From Dehalococcoidia bacterium (GTDB lineage Bacteria > Chloroflexota > Dehalococcoidia > UBA2979), in contig OZ253555.1 of NCBI GenBank assembly GCA_965262725.1, positions 96,001 to 160,000 of the forward strand: a stretch of DNA of 64,000 bases, given 5' to 3'. Both the position numbers and the translations under genes were made by a program. The notes beneath the pieces are model-generated. The model had not been told where the DNA came from and made no database searches. It saw only the letters and a list, made by a program, of their open reading frames with translations. This document shows, in pieces, positions 1-9,738 of the stretch (position 1 is its first letter; each line of letters opens with the position of its first letter).

Positions 1-1
1 G

Positions 2-172
2 GACTGGTGGCGTTTCTTCCGCATCGCGCTCACCGAATCAACGCCCGGCTTGAACCTGAGAAACCGCTACGCCCACGGACTGGTGGTGACCGCGACGAAG
101 CAGGACGCGGCAACAGTGCTTCGAATATGCGCGCTGTTGCGATTGTTTCGCGGCGAAGCGTCCAAGGCGTGA
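2..172 (+). CDS. 3' end of a DUF4209/HEPN-like protein (truncated by window edge)
   Basis: Frame 2 reads DWWRFFRIALTESTPGLNLRNRYAHGLVVT...*; the GLNLRNxxAHG (RxxxxH) motif is typical of DUF4209/HEPN. Confidence 0.6.
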   Translation, partial: DWWRFFRIALTESTPGLNLRNRYAHGLVVTATKQDAATVLRICALLRLFRGEASKA

Positions 173-344
173 CGGGTGACATACTCGTCACTGTGCCGCT
201 ACTAGCCGGAGTGCCCACTCGAACGCGGCCTATCGCGCACGCAGCTTGACGATCACGAAGGTCGTCGACCCGCCTCACACCGAGCGCCGCCATGAAGCGC
301 TCCCGCACCGCAGCGACGCGCAGCGTTGCCCGGTGAGGAGCTGC

Positions 345-440
345 GAGAATGCTCTTCTCACGGGTGACGAGGATCCAACGCTTAGGATCGCCGGGCCGGA
401 TCTGCTCTCCGTCGAGCCGTTCGGGGCGATCGGCGATCGG
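345..440 (-). pseudogene. Remnant of a PD-(D/E)xK (NucS/DUF4268-like) nuclease N-terminus
   Basis: Reads PIADRPERLDGEQIRPGDPKRWILVTREKSI, resembling the LIAxHPELLDGEQIRPGDPRRWILVTRE segment of this family; no start codon and no catalytic part. Confidence 0.45.
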
Positions 441-444
441 CGGC

Positions 445-1353
445 CTACATGTTCAAGAGTCGCAAGAATTCCCGCTCGTCGATGATCTCCAGGTCGTGAC
501 CCTCTTCGGCGAGCGTCACCGCCTTGCGCAGTTTTGAGGACATCCCGTCGCTGCCGACTACCCCGAAGCGGGTCAAGCCGACTACGAGGTAGTTGAGAGT
601 CTTCGAGACTGAGTCGGTAGGAACAGCCCCAACATCCAATACGAACTGGGCCGCTTCGGTGCGAGTCATCACATCTAGCGTTCCAGTGAACGCCACGCGT
701 GCACCGTAGAGGGAGTGACCCTCGTCAAACTCATCGACGGTTGCGGCCAACTGTGCGAGCGACGGTGACCGGGTGGACGGAGTGAATGGTCCGCTGGATG
801 TCAAGCGCCCAAGTGCACACTGTGTACGCTCGGCCAAGTCGATGAGTGACGTTGCACCGTGATAATCGCACAGCCATGCTGCCAAATGGGCCGCGGCCCT
901 CGCGTCCGACAACGGTTCATGGTGATCAAGGTCGATGCCCAGTTCAGCGGCCAGTCGATCAAGACGGTATGTCCAGCGATCCGGCCAAGTTCTCTTCGCA
1001 AGGCGGTAAGTGCAGGCGAAGTCCCTCTCGGGACATGTATAGCCCCAGTGGTGAGCCGCAGTCCGGGCAACGGAGAAGTCGAACGCCGCATGGTGCGCAA
1101 CGGTGACGCGCTCACCAATCAGCTTGTCAACTGCTGACCAGACCTCTGGAAAGTCAGGAGCATTCGCAGTTTGTTCCGGCGTGATCCCGTGCACACTGAT
1201 GTTGAGCCCGTGGTACTCGTTGCTCGGCGGACGGATAAAATACCGATGTTCACCGGTCACCACACCATCATCGATCAGGACTAGGCCAAGGGCGCAGGCC
1301 GATGCTCGGGAGGCCGTCGCTGTCTCGAAATCGATCGCCGCGAAAGACCTCAT
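445..1353 (-). CDS. DEDDh 3'-5' exonuclease (Pol III epsilon-like) with C-terminal BRCT domain
   Basis: AIDFETA, HHAAFD and HHEPLSDA exonuclease motifs; BRCT-like VAFTGTL..SVSKTLNYLVVG..IIDEREF. Confidence 0.9.
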   Translation of the reverse strand: MRSFAAIDFETATASRASACALGLVLIDDGVVTGEHRYFIRPPSNEYHGLNISVHGITPEQTANAPDFPEVWSAVDKLIGERVTVAHHAAFDFSVARTAAHHWGYTCPERDFACTYRLAKRTWPDRWTYRLDRLAAELGIDLDHHEPLSDARAAAHLAAWLCDYHGATSLIDLAERTQCALGRLTSSGPFTPSTRSPSLAQLAATVDEFDEGHSLYGARVAFTGTLDVMTRTEAAQFVLDVGAVPTDSVSKTLNYLVVGLTRFGVVGSDGMSSKLRKAVTLAEEGHDLEIIDEREFLRLLNM

Positions 1354-1720
1354 TGGAAGACACTCACCTCTGGAAGCGCTGCTGTCCAGAACACAGCTCG
1401 GAGAGCAATATCACTGTCACGATTAGCCCCACTAGGGCGAGAATGATCAATCGCCGCCATGTAATCCACCCGGCTAGCACTTGAGCGGACGTCTCCAACT
1501 CGCTACCGCGTGCCCGCTCACTCCGCGCCGAGGTTGCCACCGGCAGTCCCCTGACCCGGACCGCGCGCTTGTCCCCGGTGCCGGGCCCGCCGCGCATGAC
1601 CCTCAGTCTGCTGAACTGAGGGTCGAGGGTTCGGATCCGTCCCACGACCATCTCAAGAAGGTCGGCCAAATCGCGAATTTCCAACCAAACCGCCCCCGCG
1701 CCGTCCGCTGTGTTCACCCG

Positions 1721-1784
1721 CTCAGAACGAGAGCTCCAGATACAACTTGGCGCACCCCTTTTCGCACGACCGTAGCTTCATGCC
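1721..1784 (+). repeat. 64-bp direct repeat, copy 1 (partner at 9167-9231)
   Basis: CTCAGAACGAGAGCTCCAGATACAACTTGGCGCACCCCTTTTCGCACGACCGTAGCTTCATGCC; 3 substitutions and 1 indel relative to copy 2. Confidence 0.9.
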
Positions 1785-1934
1785 TTGTTTCCTCCCGTGG
1801 TGAGAAATCGGCCGGCGGCGGTCTCGGATATCAGCACCCTCGGCAGGGGCGAGCTCGCCCCGCCGAATGTCAGCCTGGAGCCAGCCCGCAATCGAGTAGG
1901 GCGCGCGTGCCTTCCAACCGTGAACTGCCCAAGC

Positions 1935-2138
1935 CGGCGGCTGCTCCGCGCCCAGGCCGCCCACCAGCTCGGCGAGGAACCGCGCGATGTCACCGCCGTG
2001 GAGGTGCTCGGGAACATCGAGGCGATGCTCTGGGTCGTGGAGGCGGTGCTGCCTGGGCGAACGATCACTGTAGAGATCGTGCTCGAGGCGCATCGGCGTC
2101 TGCTCGCGGGGACGCGCCTCGCGGAGCACGCGGGTCGC
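1935..2138 (+). pseudogene. Internal fragment of a Fic-family protein
   Basis: RRLLRAQAAHQLGEEPRDVTAVEVLGNIEAM..ITVEIVLEAHRRLLAGTRLAEHAGR; ends before the HPFxDGNGR motif. Confidence 0.6.
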
Positions 2139-2186
2139 TATTGCAACTGCTTGAACGATAACCATTGATACTTCTACCATCCATCA

Positions 2187-5100
2187 GTGCAGAATCTTTC
2201 TCGATTCTGGCAGTTGGCGGGTGTGCAGGCTGGCGCCAGGCGCGCATCCGCTCGCCGGGGGGCGCCACCCCGGCGGCGCTCCTTCGCCGTGGTGGTGTTG
2301 CTTGGCCTGCTTGGGGCGCTGGCCTCGCCCGTCGCCGCCCAGATCCCACCGAGTACCGACGCCACGCTGAGCGGCCTCGAGCTGAGCCAAGGACGGCTCG
2401 ATCCGGCCTTCGCCACCGGCACGAGCGACTACACGGCCGCCGTGGGCTACACGGTCACACGCATCTCGGTCGTACCCAGCACGACGGACGCCAACGCTAC
2501 CGTCGCCTACCTCGACGGCAGCGACATGCCCCTGGCCGATGCCAACACGGTCACGGACGAACAGGATGTGGACCTGGTGGTGGGCGAAACCGTCGTGAAG
2601 GTGAACGTCACTGCCGAAGACACTTCCACCGTGCTGACCCACACCGTCACGATCACGCGCACGGAGGAGGACACCTCGCTGAGCCCGACGGCCAGCGATC
2701 CCTCGATCGCATTCGCTACCAGCGCGGTCTACCGGGTGACGTTCACCGGCGACTGGACCAGTTCGGCCACTCCGGGCGGTCTGCCCAGCGGCGCCCACTT
2801 TTCCCGATTGGTCGGCGCCGTTCACAGCGCGAACGTCACCTTTGTTGAAGGAGGCGAGACTGCAAGCGCCGGAGTCAAGTTGATGGCGGAAGTCGGCGTC
2901 ACGTCGGACCTTGGGGTCGAAGTGACCGCAGCCATGGCCGATGCGCTCTCGGTGCTCAAGGGTTCCAGCAACATCAACCGGACCAGCACCCAGAGCCTGA
3001 CGACCACGCTAACCAGCGATCATCCCCGGGTCACGCTGCTGAGCAGGGTGTCGCCGAGCCCGGACTGGTTCGTCGGCGTCTCGGGGCTACTGCTGCTCAA
3101 CTCCGATGGCCACTGGCTGCGCTCGCACCAGGTAGAACTCTACCCCTGGGATGCCGGCACCGAGGATGGCGGCGAGTTCTTGCGGACCAACGATCCGACC
3201 GTGCCGCCGGGTGAGATCACGAGCATCCGCGGCACCGGCAAGTTCTCGACCGAGCCGATTGCGAGCCTGACCTTCACGCTCGAATCGGTCAGCACCACCC
3301 GCAGCGTCGACGAGAACACGGAGGCGGGCGTCACCATCGGCGAGCCGGTCGTCGCCCCCGACAGCAGCGGCACGGTCACTTATTCCCTGGGCGGAACGGA
3401 TGCCGCATCGTTCGATGTCGTCGCAGCCACCGGCCAGCTCCAGACCAAGGCCGCGCTCGACTACGAGAGGAAGTCCAGCTACGAGGTCACAGTCACCGGC
3501 ACCGACACGGATGGCTCGGTCACCACCACCGTGGCGATCGAGGTCACCAACGTCATTGAACTCGCAACGTTCTCAGGTCCGACGATGGTCACGTTCGCCG
3601 AGAACGGCGCGACCCGCGTGGCGACGTTCAGCTATTCGTCGGACGAGGATCGGGACGGCATCCAGTGGTTGACGGGCGGGGTAGATCGCGGGCTCTTCAG
3701 CCTGGACAGCCCATCTGGCGCGCTCAGGTTCCTGCAAGCGCCGGATTTCGAGAACCCGTTGGATGTCGGGCCGCCGGGTCGCGGAACAGACAATAGCTAT
3801 GAGCTGAAGTTGGTGGCGTGGGCCAGAGACAGTGGTCCGATATTCACCGACGAGGTAGATGTCAAGGTCACGGTCACCGACGTGGACGAGGCCGGCGCGT
3901 TGTCGCTGTCTTCGACCCGTCCCGCGCTGGGCGCCGTGCTGACCGCCGTCCTCACCGACCCGGACGGCGTGACCGCCGGAACGGCGGTCTGGCAGTGGGA
4001 GAGGTCCACGGGCCGCCTGGCATGGAACGTGGTCGGCGGCGCGACCCTTGCCACATACACCCCGATGGCCGCGGACGCTGGGCACTACCTGCGGGTGAGC
4101 GCGTCCTATACCGATGGTCACGGCTCCGGCAGGACGGCCCAGACGGTGGCGCCCAACGTGGTGCTGGCGCGAACACTGAGCAGGCTTGAGGTCGCCACGA
4201 CCTCCTCAAGACAGATGTATCCCGCGTTCGACCCTGAGATTCTCCACTATGCCGTGGGTTGCATCGCGGCGGACACGCTCAGCTTGACACTCTCGACGAC
4301 GGACACCGACACCCGCCTGGCGGTCGACGGCGTCCAGTACGCCAATCAGAACACGGTCGTCGCGTTGACGGACAAGGGCGGCGGGAGCGACATCCTGATC
4401 ACGCTCGGCGGCGGCGGCGATGGTGCAAGCACCACCTACACACTGCACTGCCTCGCCGAATCTTTCCCCACGCTCACCGTGACCAAGCTCGACGGCGCGT
4501 CGGAGTCATTGATGACGGCCTCATTTGGGGTCAGCAGTGGCGTGGCGCACATTGCGATTATCGATAACAACGGCGTACCTCGGTTTCGGCGGCAACAGAC
4601 CGCAGCAGGGCACTTCAGGGCGTACCCGGACGGCGGATATCCCTATGCGTTAGCCGTCACAAGTGAACCGGCGTCATATGTCGTGTACGATGCAAATCTA
4701 GACCTTGTCCAGAGCGGGATCTCAACTGTCAATCTCCAGAACACTAACGGGTATGACTTCTTCATCAAATCGAACGGCGACTATGTGCTGATGGCCTACG
4801 AGCCTGCCGTACGTGATATGAGCTTCATTACTGAACGATACGGCCTGACCCACGGCAACGGTGATCCATTCGGCCCCGCCGAGGACACGGAGGATGCAGT
4901 TATTCAGGTCGTCTCGCCCACCGGTCGAGAGCTGTTCCTGTGGAACTCCTGGGATTACATGGCGCTCGAAGACTGTACGCAACATCGCTTCCCCGATGAC
5001 TACGCGCACATCAACTCGGTACAAGTCGTCGATGGGGACATCGTCGCCTCATTCCGGGGCTGCTCGAAGGTGTTGCGAATCGACGGGACCAGCGGCGAGG

Positions 5101-8100
5101 TGATCTGGCGACTGGGCAGGAGCAACCTCAGTACAGAGGAGTGGGAGAGCCGTGACATCGGCCCGCCGCCGCTGCAGATCGTCGGCGACCCCTATGGGGA
5201 GTTCTGTGGGCAGCATGCTGCGCGCTTGCTGGACAACGGCCACCTCATGCTCTTCGACAACGGCGTGGAGTGCCTCGAAGATCCGCGAACGGGCGAGACG
5301 GAACGAGTCGGCCGAGAGTTCAGCAGAGTCGTTGAGTACGCCATCGATCTGGACCACGGCGAAGCGATCTTCCAGCGTCACGTCTTTCTCCACGGCCGCA
5401 TGGACTCCTTGTCGTACTCGATGGGTCAAGCCGATCCGCTGGACAACGGAAACTGGTTGATCACCTGGGGTAGAGGCATCCGAAACCCCAATCCCGACCA
5501 CCCCCCTCCTGACGTGTCGGGAACGCAGGTGAATCCAGCGACCGGAGTCGAAGAACTCACGGTCGTCGCCATGAGCGGCGGCAACGTGATGACCGCAGGC
5601 CGGATGTACCCCGTGGCGCCGGTGGCGCTGGCGGCCGAACCCATCGCCCTGACGGCTGAGTTCCCCGGGAGCACGTACACATCAATCTTCAACCTCGGCG
5701 CCACCGATCCGCCGCAGGTGGTCGTGGCCTTCAGCCGTCCCGTGGTCGACTTCGACGAGACGTCGACGTCGCTCAGCGTCACGGGCGCGACAGTCGCGAG
5801 CGTGAGCGCTCACGTTGTCGCTGGTGAGCCGGCCAACGCCTACCTCGTCACACTGGCGCCGGACGGCGACGGTGCGATCAGCTTCCGTCTCGACACCGGT
5901 CAGGCCTGCGGCGCCAATGGCGGCATCTGCACAGCTGACGGGACAGCGCTGTCGGAGGCGCCCTCGGCGCTGGTGATCAGTGCTCCCGTCACCGTCTCGT
6001 TCGAGCAGTCCACTTACACCGTCACCGAAGGCGCCTCGCGGTTCGTGACCGTTCTCCTCAGTTCGGCCCACCAGGGCGTCCGCAGTGTCACCATCCCGGT
6101 CGTGCGGCAACAAACCACGGGCAGCGCCTCGGCCGATGACCTCACCCTGGACGAGAGCGTGACCTTCGAGGCAGGCGAAACCCGCAAGTCGCTGGCGTTG
6201 AACGCCACCGACGACGACCTCGTCGAGGGCGACGAGACCGCCACGATCGAGTTCGGCGCGCTGCCGGACGGCGTGACCGCCGGGTCGACCTCGACGGTGA
6301 CGCTCACCGACGCGGATCAGGCGCAGATCGCCTTCACCACCGTCGTAACGCAGATCTCCGAGGGGGGCCAGACGCAACTCAGCTTCGAGATCACGAACGG
6401 CGTCACGTTCGAGGTCGACCAGACCATCAATCTCACCGTCGGCGGCACGGCCACGGCGGAGGGCGACTTCACGCTCGTGGACGCCGGCAACCAGACGCTG
6501 TCCGATCCCTATGCCGTCATGTTCCCTGCGGGCGCGACCTCCGCCGAGGCGACCATCCGCGCAGTCGACGACGCCGACATCGAGCACGCGGCGGAGACGA
6601 TCACGGTGAGCGCACAGCTCGGCCTGACGGGCGCCACGCTCGGCACGCACACGGTCACGATTCCTCCCAGCGACGTGCCCGACACGCCGGTCGTCACCAT
6701 CGCCCCGGGGAGCGCCGTGTCCGAGGGGCAAGACGCCACGTTTACGCTCTCCCGCACGGTGACCCAGAGCCTGCCGCTCTCGGCCCCCCTGACGGTGTCC
6801 GTGGAGGTCACCGCCACGGGCTCCACACTGAGCGGTTCGCCGGCGCCGACCGTTCGCTTCGAGGGCGGCGACGCCACGGCCGACCTCGCCGTGCTCACAC
6901 TCGACGACAGCGTTGTCGAGCCCCCCGGCACGGTGACGGCCCTCATCCAGGGCAGCACGAGCAACCCCCCCGTCTACCTGACCGAGCCGCCTAACAACGC
7001 CACGGTGACCGTGAACGACAACGATGTGGCGGCCTTCACGCTCTCGGCCAGCAACGAAGAGGTAGCTGAAGGTGCCGCGGTCACGGTGACCATCGTGGCC
7101 GACGGTGTCACCTTCGCCGGGCCCCAGACGATCACGCTGACGCTCGGCGGCACGGCCACGCCAGTGGATGACTTCACGCTCGTCGACGGCGGCCGGGAGC
7201 TCTCGAACCCGTACGTCGTGACGCTGCCGGCCGGGGCCAGATCGGTGAGCGTGATGATCATGGCGGTGACCGATTCCGAGGACGATGCCGACGAGGCCAT
7301 CGATCTCTCCGTCAGCCACGAGGGCAGCGGTATCGGGAGCGTCACCATCACCATCACAGAAGCGCCCATCATTCTGCCGCCCGTCATCACCGGCGGTGGC
7401 GGCGGCGGCGGCGCGCCGTCCGGCCCGGTCCCCAGCGATGTCGAGTTCGAGTGGAACGTCACACGCGACATCGAGGAGCTCGCCAGCGGCCACGACGACC
7501 CGACCGGTGCCTGGTCCGACGGCGTCACGCTCTGGATCGCCGAGAACGGCTCCGGCGCCGCCGACGCCATCTACGCCTACGACCTCGAGAGCGGCGAACG
7601 CGTCGAGGACCGCGAGTTCGACCTGGACGCAGGCAACCTCGCGCCTCGTGGCGTCTGGTCCGACCGCACAACCATCTGGATCTCCGACAGCGGCAAGGAA
7701 AAGCTCTTCGCGCACGACCTCGCGAGCGGCGAGCGCCTCCCCGACTCCGACCTCGCGCTGCACCCCGACAACGACGACCCGCGCGGCATCTGGTCCGACG
7801 GCTCGACCATGTGGGTCCTCGACGACCGCGACGACGCCCTCTTCGCCTACGACCTCGCCGGTGGCACGCTGCTCGCCGAGTACGCCCTGCACGACGACAA
7901 CGACACGCCTCACGGCATCTGGTCGGACGGCGTCGGCGTCTGGGTCTCCGACCACAACGACAAGCGTCTCTTCGCCTACCGCCTGCCCGCCCTCGAGGAG
8001 GAGGACACGAGCGCGGACGAGGACGTCGCGGACGAGGAAGAGGACCTTGAGCTCGAACGTGTCACGGACGAGGAGTTCAAGAAACTCTCCGGCGCCAGCA

Positions 8101-9089
8101 ACAACAGCCCCCGCGGTCTCTGGTCCGACGGCGACGTCATGTACGTCGCCGACGCCAGCGACGGCAAGGTCTACAGCTACAACATGCCCGACGCCATCGA
8201 CGCGCGCCTCGCCTCGCTCACCCTCAGCGGTGTCGACTTCGGGGAGTTCGACAGTGCCCAGGCGGAGTACGCCGGGACGGCCGGGGACGACGTCACCGAG
8301 ACCACGGTCGGGGCGGAGGCGGCGCAGTCGGGAGCGACGGTCGTCATCAAGCCCGACGACGCCGACGACGACGGGGATCCGGCGAACGGCCACCAGGTCG
8401 CGCTGGAAGAGGTCTCCGAGATCACCGTCACCTCGGCCGACGGCAGCCGCGAGCGCGTCTACCGCGTGCTGGTCGGCGATCCGGCGCAGGAGGCCCCGGG
8501 CGCTCCCGCGCCCCCGTGCTTCCGGGGCGCCGTCGCGCTCGGGTTCAGCCTGGTGGTCTACGCGGGCGGCAGCGTCGAGGAGCTGGTGGACTGCGCGCAG
8601 AGCCGCCACGGCACGGCCCTCTACACCCTGCACGACGGCGGCTACGTGCCGTACATCCTCGGAGCACCCGAGTTCGTGAACAGCTCCTTCGGCGAGCTGT
8701 TCGCGGGCGGCGTCCCCGCCAGCACTCCGCTCATCATCAAGAGCGACGGGCCGCCCACCCCCGATCCCGCCGGGAGCATCACGGGCGATGACCGGACACC
8801 GCCCTGGCCGGAGTGCCTGCGCGGCACGGTCGCCACGGGCTTCAGCCTCGTCCTCTACCAGGGCGGTGCGATCGAGGAACTCGTGGCCTGCGCGGAGAGC
8901 CGCAACATCACGGCCATCTACACCCTGCACGACGGCGGCTACGCCCCCTACATCCTCGGTGCTCCGGAGTTCGTCAATCGGTCCTTCCGTGAGCTGTTCA
9001 CGGGCGGCCTGCCCTCCATCACGCCATTGGTCGCCAGGAGCGACGGGCCGCCCGCAGCGGGCGCGGACCGCGGCGATGGGGACCGTTGA
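2187..9089 (+). CDS. Giant secreted/surface protein: cadherin-like beta-sandwich, Spondin_N, cadherin, arylsulfotransferase (ASST), Calx-beta repeats, propeller repeats, duplicated C-terminal domain
   Basis: 2300-aa ORF; Arg-rich N-terminus, hydrophobic stretch and AxA signal; YRVTFTGDW..HFSRLVGAVH..PSPDWFVG (spondin); ALDYERKSSYEVTV (cadherin); DYAHINSV..SFRGCS..QHAAR..LFDNG (ASST); DDDLVEGDET (Calx-beta); PRGxWSDG repeats. Exact start uncertain. Confidence 0.85.
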   Translation: MQNLSRFWQLAGVQAGARRASARRGAPPRRRSFAVVVLLGLLGALASPVAAQIPPSTDATLSGLELSQGRLDPAFATGTSDYTAAVGYTVTRISVVPSTTDANATVAYLDGSDMPLADANTVTDEQDVDLVVGETVVKVNVTAEDTSTVLTHTVTITRTEEDTSLSPTASDPSIAFATSAVYRVTFTGDWTSSATPGGLPSGAHFSRLVGAVHSANVTFVEGGETASAGVKLMAEVGVTSDLGVEVTAAMADALSVLKGSSNINRTSTQSLTTTLTSDHPRVTLLSRVSPSPDWFVGVSGLLLLNSDGHWLRSHQVELYPWDAGTEDGGEFLRTNDPTVPPGEITSIRGTGKFSTEPIASLTFTLESVSTTRSVDENTEAGVTIGEPVVAPDSSGTVTYSLGGTDAASFDVVAATGQLQTKAALDYERKSSYEVTVTGTDTDGSVTTTVAIEVTNVIELATFSGPTMVTFAENGATRVATFSYSSDEDRDGIQWLTGGVDRGLFSLDSPSGALRFLQAPDFENPLDVGPPGRGTDNSYELKLVAWARDSGPIFTDEVDVKVTVTDVDEAGALSLSSTRPALGAVLTAVLTDPDGVTAGTAVWQWERSTGRLAWNVVGGATLATYTPMAADAGHYLRVSASYTDGHGSGRTAQTVAPNVVLARTLSRLEVATTSSRQMYPAFDPEILHYAVGCIAADTLSLTLSTTDTDTRLAVDGVQYANQNTVVALTDKGGGSDILITLGGGGDGASTTYTLHCLAESFPTLTVTKLDGASESLMTASFGVSSGVAHIAIIDNNGVPRFRRQQTAAGHFRAYPDGGYPYALAVTSEPASYVVYDANLDLVQSGISTVNLQNTNGYDFFIKSNGDYVLMAYEPAVRDMSFITERYGLTHGNGDPFGPAEDTEDAVIQVVSPTGRELFLWNSWDYMALEDCTQHRFPDDYAHINSVQVVDGDIVASFRGCSKVLRIDGTSGEVIWRLGRSNLSTEEWESRDIGPPPLQIVGDPYGEFCGQHAARLLDNGHLMLFDNGVECLEDPRTGETERVGREFSRVVEYAIDLDHGEAIFQRHVFLHGRMDSLSYSMGQADPLDNGNWLITWGRGIRNPNPDHPPPDVSGTQVNPATGVEELTVVAMSGGNVMTAGRMYPVAPVALAAEPIALTAEFPGSTYTSIFNLGATDPPQVVVAFSRPVVDFDETSTSLSVTGATVASVSAHVVAGEPANAYLVTLAPDGDGAISFRLDTGQACGANGGICTADGTALSEAPSALVISAPVTVSFEQSTYTVTEGASRFVTVLLSSAHQGVRSVTIPVVRQQTTGSASADDLTLDESVTFEAGETRKSLALNATDDDLVEGDETATIEFGALPDGVTAGSTSTVTLTDADQAQIAFTTVVTQISEGGQTQLSFEITNGVTFEVDQTINLTVGGTATAEGDFTLVDAGNQTLSDPYAVMFPAGATSAEATIRAVDDADIEHAAETITVSAQLGLTGATLGTHTVTIPPSDVPDTPVVTIAPGSAVSEGQDATFTLSRTVTQSLPLSAPLTVSVEVTATGSTLSGSPAPTVRFEGGDATADLAVLTLDDSVVEPPGTVTALIQGSTSNPPVYLTEPPNNATVTVNDNDVAAFTLSASNEEVAEGAAVTVTIVADGVTFAGPQTITLTLGGTATPVDDFTLVDGGRELSNPYVVTLPAGARSVSVMIMAVTDSEDDADEAIDLSVSHEGSGIGSVTITITEAPIILPPVITGGGGGGGAPSGPVPSDVEFEWNVTRDIEELASGHDDPTGAWSDGVTLWIAENGSGAADAIYAYDLESGERVEDREFDLDAGNLAPRGVWSDRTTIWISDSGKEKLFAHDLASGERLPDSDLALHPDNDDPRGIWSDGSTMWVLDDRDDALFAYDLAGGTLLAEYALHDDNDTPHGIWSDGVGVWVSDHNDKRLFAYRLPALEEEDTSADEDVADEEEDLELERVTDEEFKKLSGASNNSPRGLWSDGDVMYVADASDGKVYSYNMPDAIDARLASLTLSGVDFGEFDSAQAEYAGTAGDDVTETTVGAEAAQSGATVVIKPDDADDDGDPANGHQVALEEVSEITVTSADGSRERVYRVLVGDPAQEAPGAPAPPCFRGAVALGFSLVVYAGGSVEELVDCAQSRHGTALYTLHDGGYVPYILGAPEFVNSSFGELFAGGVPASTPLIIKSDGPPTPDPAGSITGDDRTPPWPECLRGTVATGFSLVLYQGGAIEELVACAESRNITAIYTLHDGGYAPYILGAPEFVNRSFRELFTGGLPSITPLVARSDGPPAAGADRGDGDR
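7480..8190 (+). repeat. Coding ~42-aa PRG(I/V/L)WSDG beta-propeller repeats (5 copies)
   Basis: PTGAWSDG, PRGVWSDR, PRGIWSDG, PHGIWSDG, PRGLWSDG. Confidence 0.85.
8515..9045 (+). repeat. Tandemly duplicated ~80-aa Cys-containing C-terminal domain
   Basis: Two copies of CxRGxVAxGFSLVxYxGGxxEELVxCAxSR..YTLHDGGYxPYILGAPEFVN.SF.ELF.GG. Confidence 0.85.
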
Positions 9090-9166
9090 CGCGCGGGATG
9101 ACAGGCACTGCACGTACGACCGAACTGCATGGGTCGCACTCGCGCTGGGTAGGGGGCTGACCAGCC

Positions 9167-9231
9167 CTCAGAACGAGAGCGCCAGATACAACCTGGCGCA
9201 CCCCTTTTTCGCACGACCGCAGCTTCATGCC
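9167..9231 (+). repeat. 65-bp direct repeat, copy 2
   Basis: Near-identical to 1721-1784; contains the perfect inverted arms GCGCCAG-atacaac-CTGGCGC. Confidence 0.9.
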
Positions 9232-9469
9232 GATGTTTGTGGAGTGGTGCTGGACTCGCCCGATCGACACAGCTCCGAGCGCCGTCAGGGCGGTTGGTCC
9301 GCCGCTTCAATCACAACCTGGCGAGCCCCTCGGGAGGCGCCAGTGCTCCCGACGCCCAGTTCGAGCAACTGGGTGTCGGGGGTTAGGGCTCGCGGCAACT
9401 GGCAACCAGGATGGGGCGCCTGCATTCCCTCTAGGAGTGCGGCAGGTTTGAGGCAAGCGCCCCTTCTGG

Positions 9470-9484
9470 GATATATAATATATC
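9470..9484 (+). promoter_or_regulatory. mazEF promoter/operator palindrome
   Basis: GATATAT-A-ATATATC palindrome overlapping TATAAT (9474-9479), just upstream of the GGAGG RBS. Confidence 0.7.
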
Positions 9485-9498
9485 TACGGGGAGGTGCC

Positions 9499-9738
9499 AT
9501 GGGCGCAATGTCGCACGTATCACGCTGGGGTTCGAGTCTCGCCGTCCGCATCCCCAAGGCTCTCGCCGAGCAGTGGGGCGTGGAGGAGGGTTCGGCCATC
9601 GAACTCCTCGCCGAAGGTGGCGACATCGTACTGCGGAAGCGCAGCTACGACCTCGCCGAGCTTGTGGCCGGGATGAACCCCGAGACTGCTCATTCCGAGA
9701 CGGACTGGGGTGCGCCTCAGGGTGACGAGGCGTGGTAG
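9499..9738 (+). CDS. mazE: AbrB/MazE-type antitoxin
   Basis: SRWGSSLAVRIPK...YDLAELVAGM...ETDWGAPQGDEAW; overlaps the toxin start. Confidence 0.9.
   Translation: MGAMSHVSRWGSSLAVRIPKALAEQWGVEEGSAIELLAEGGDIVLRKRSYDLAELVAGMNPETAHSETDWGAPQGDEAW

Noticed and set aside
1388-1400. GAAC-aca-GCTC upstream of the exonuclease as a fourth SOS box
   Set aside because: Wrong spacing (N3) and a mismatched half-site
1364-1717. 117-aa minus-strand ORF with a C-terminal TM segment
   Set aside because: Looks chimeric and matches no family I recognise; at most a gene tail
5682-9113. 1143-aa minus-strand ORF and other long shadow ORFs (e.g. 33068-35851, 18807-20807, 62201-63883)
   Set aside because: Antisense shadows of real high-GC genes, with no recognisable motifs
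9152-9190. GGGGGCTGAC..CTCAGAACGA as a Tn3-type terminal IR
   Set aside because: Weak similarity, no inner TAAG, no partner IR and no Tn3 transposase
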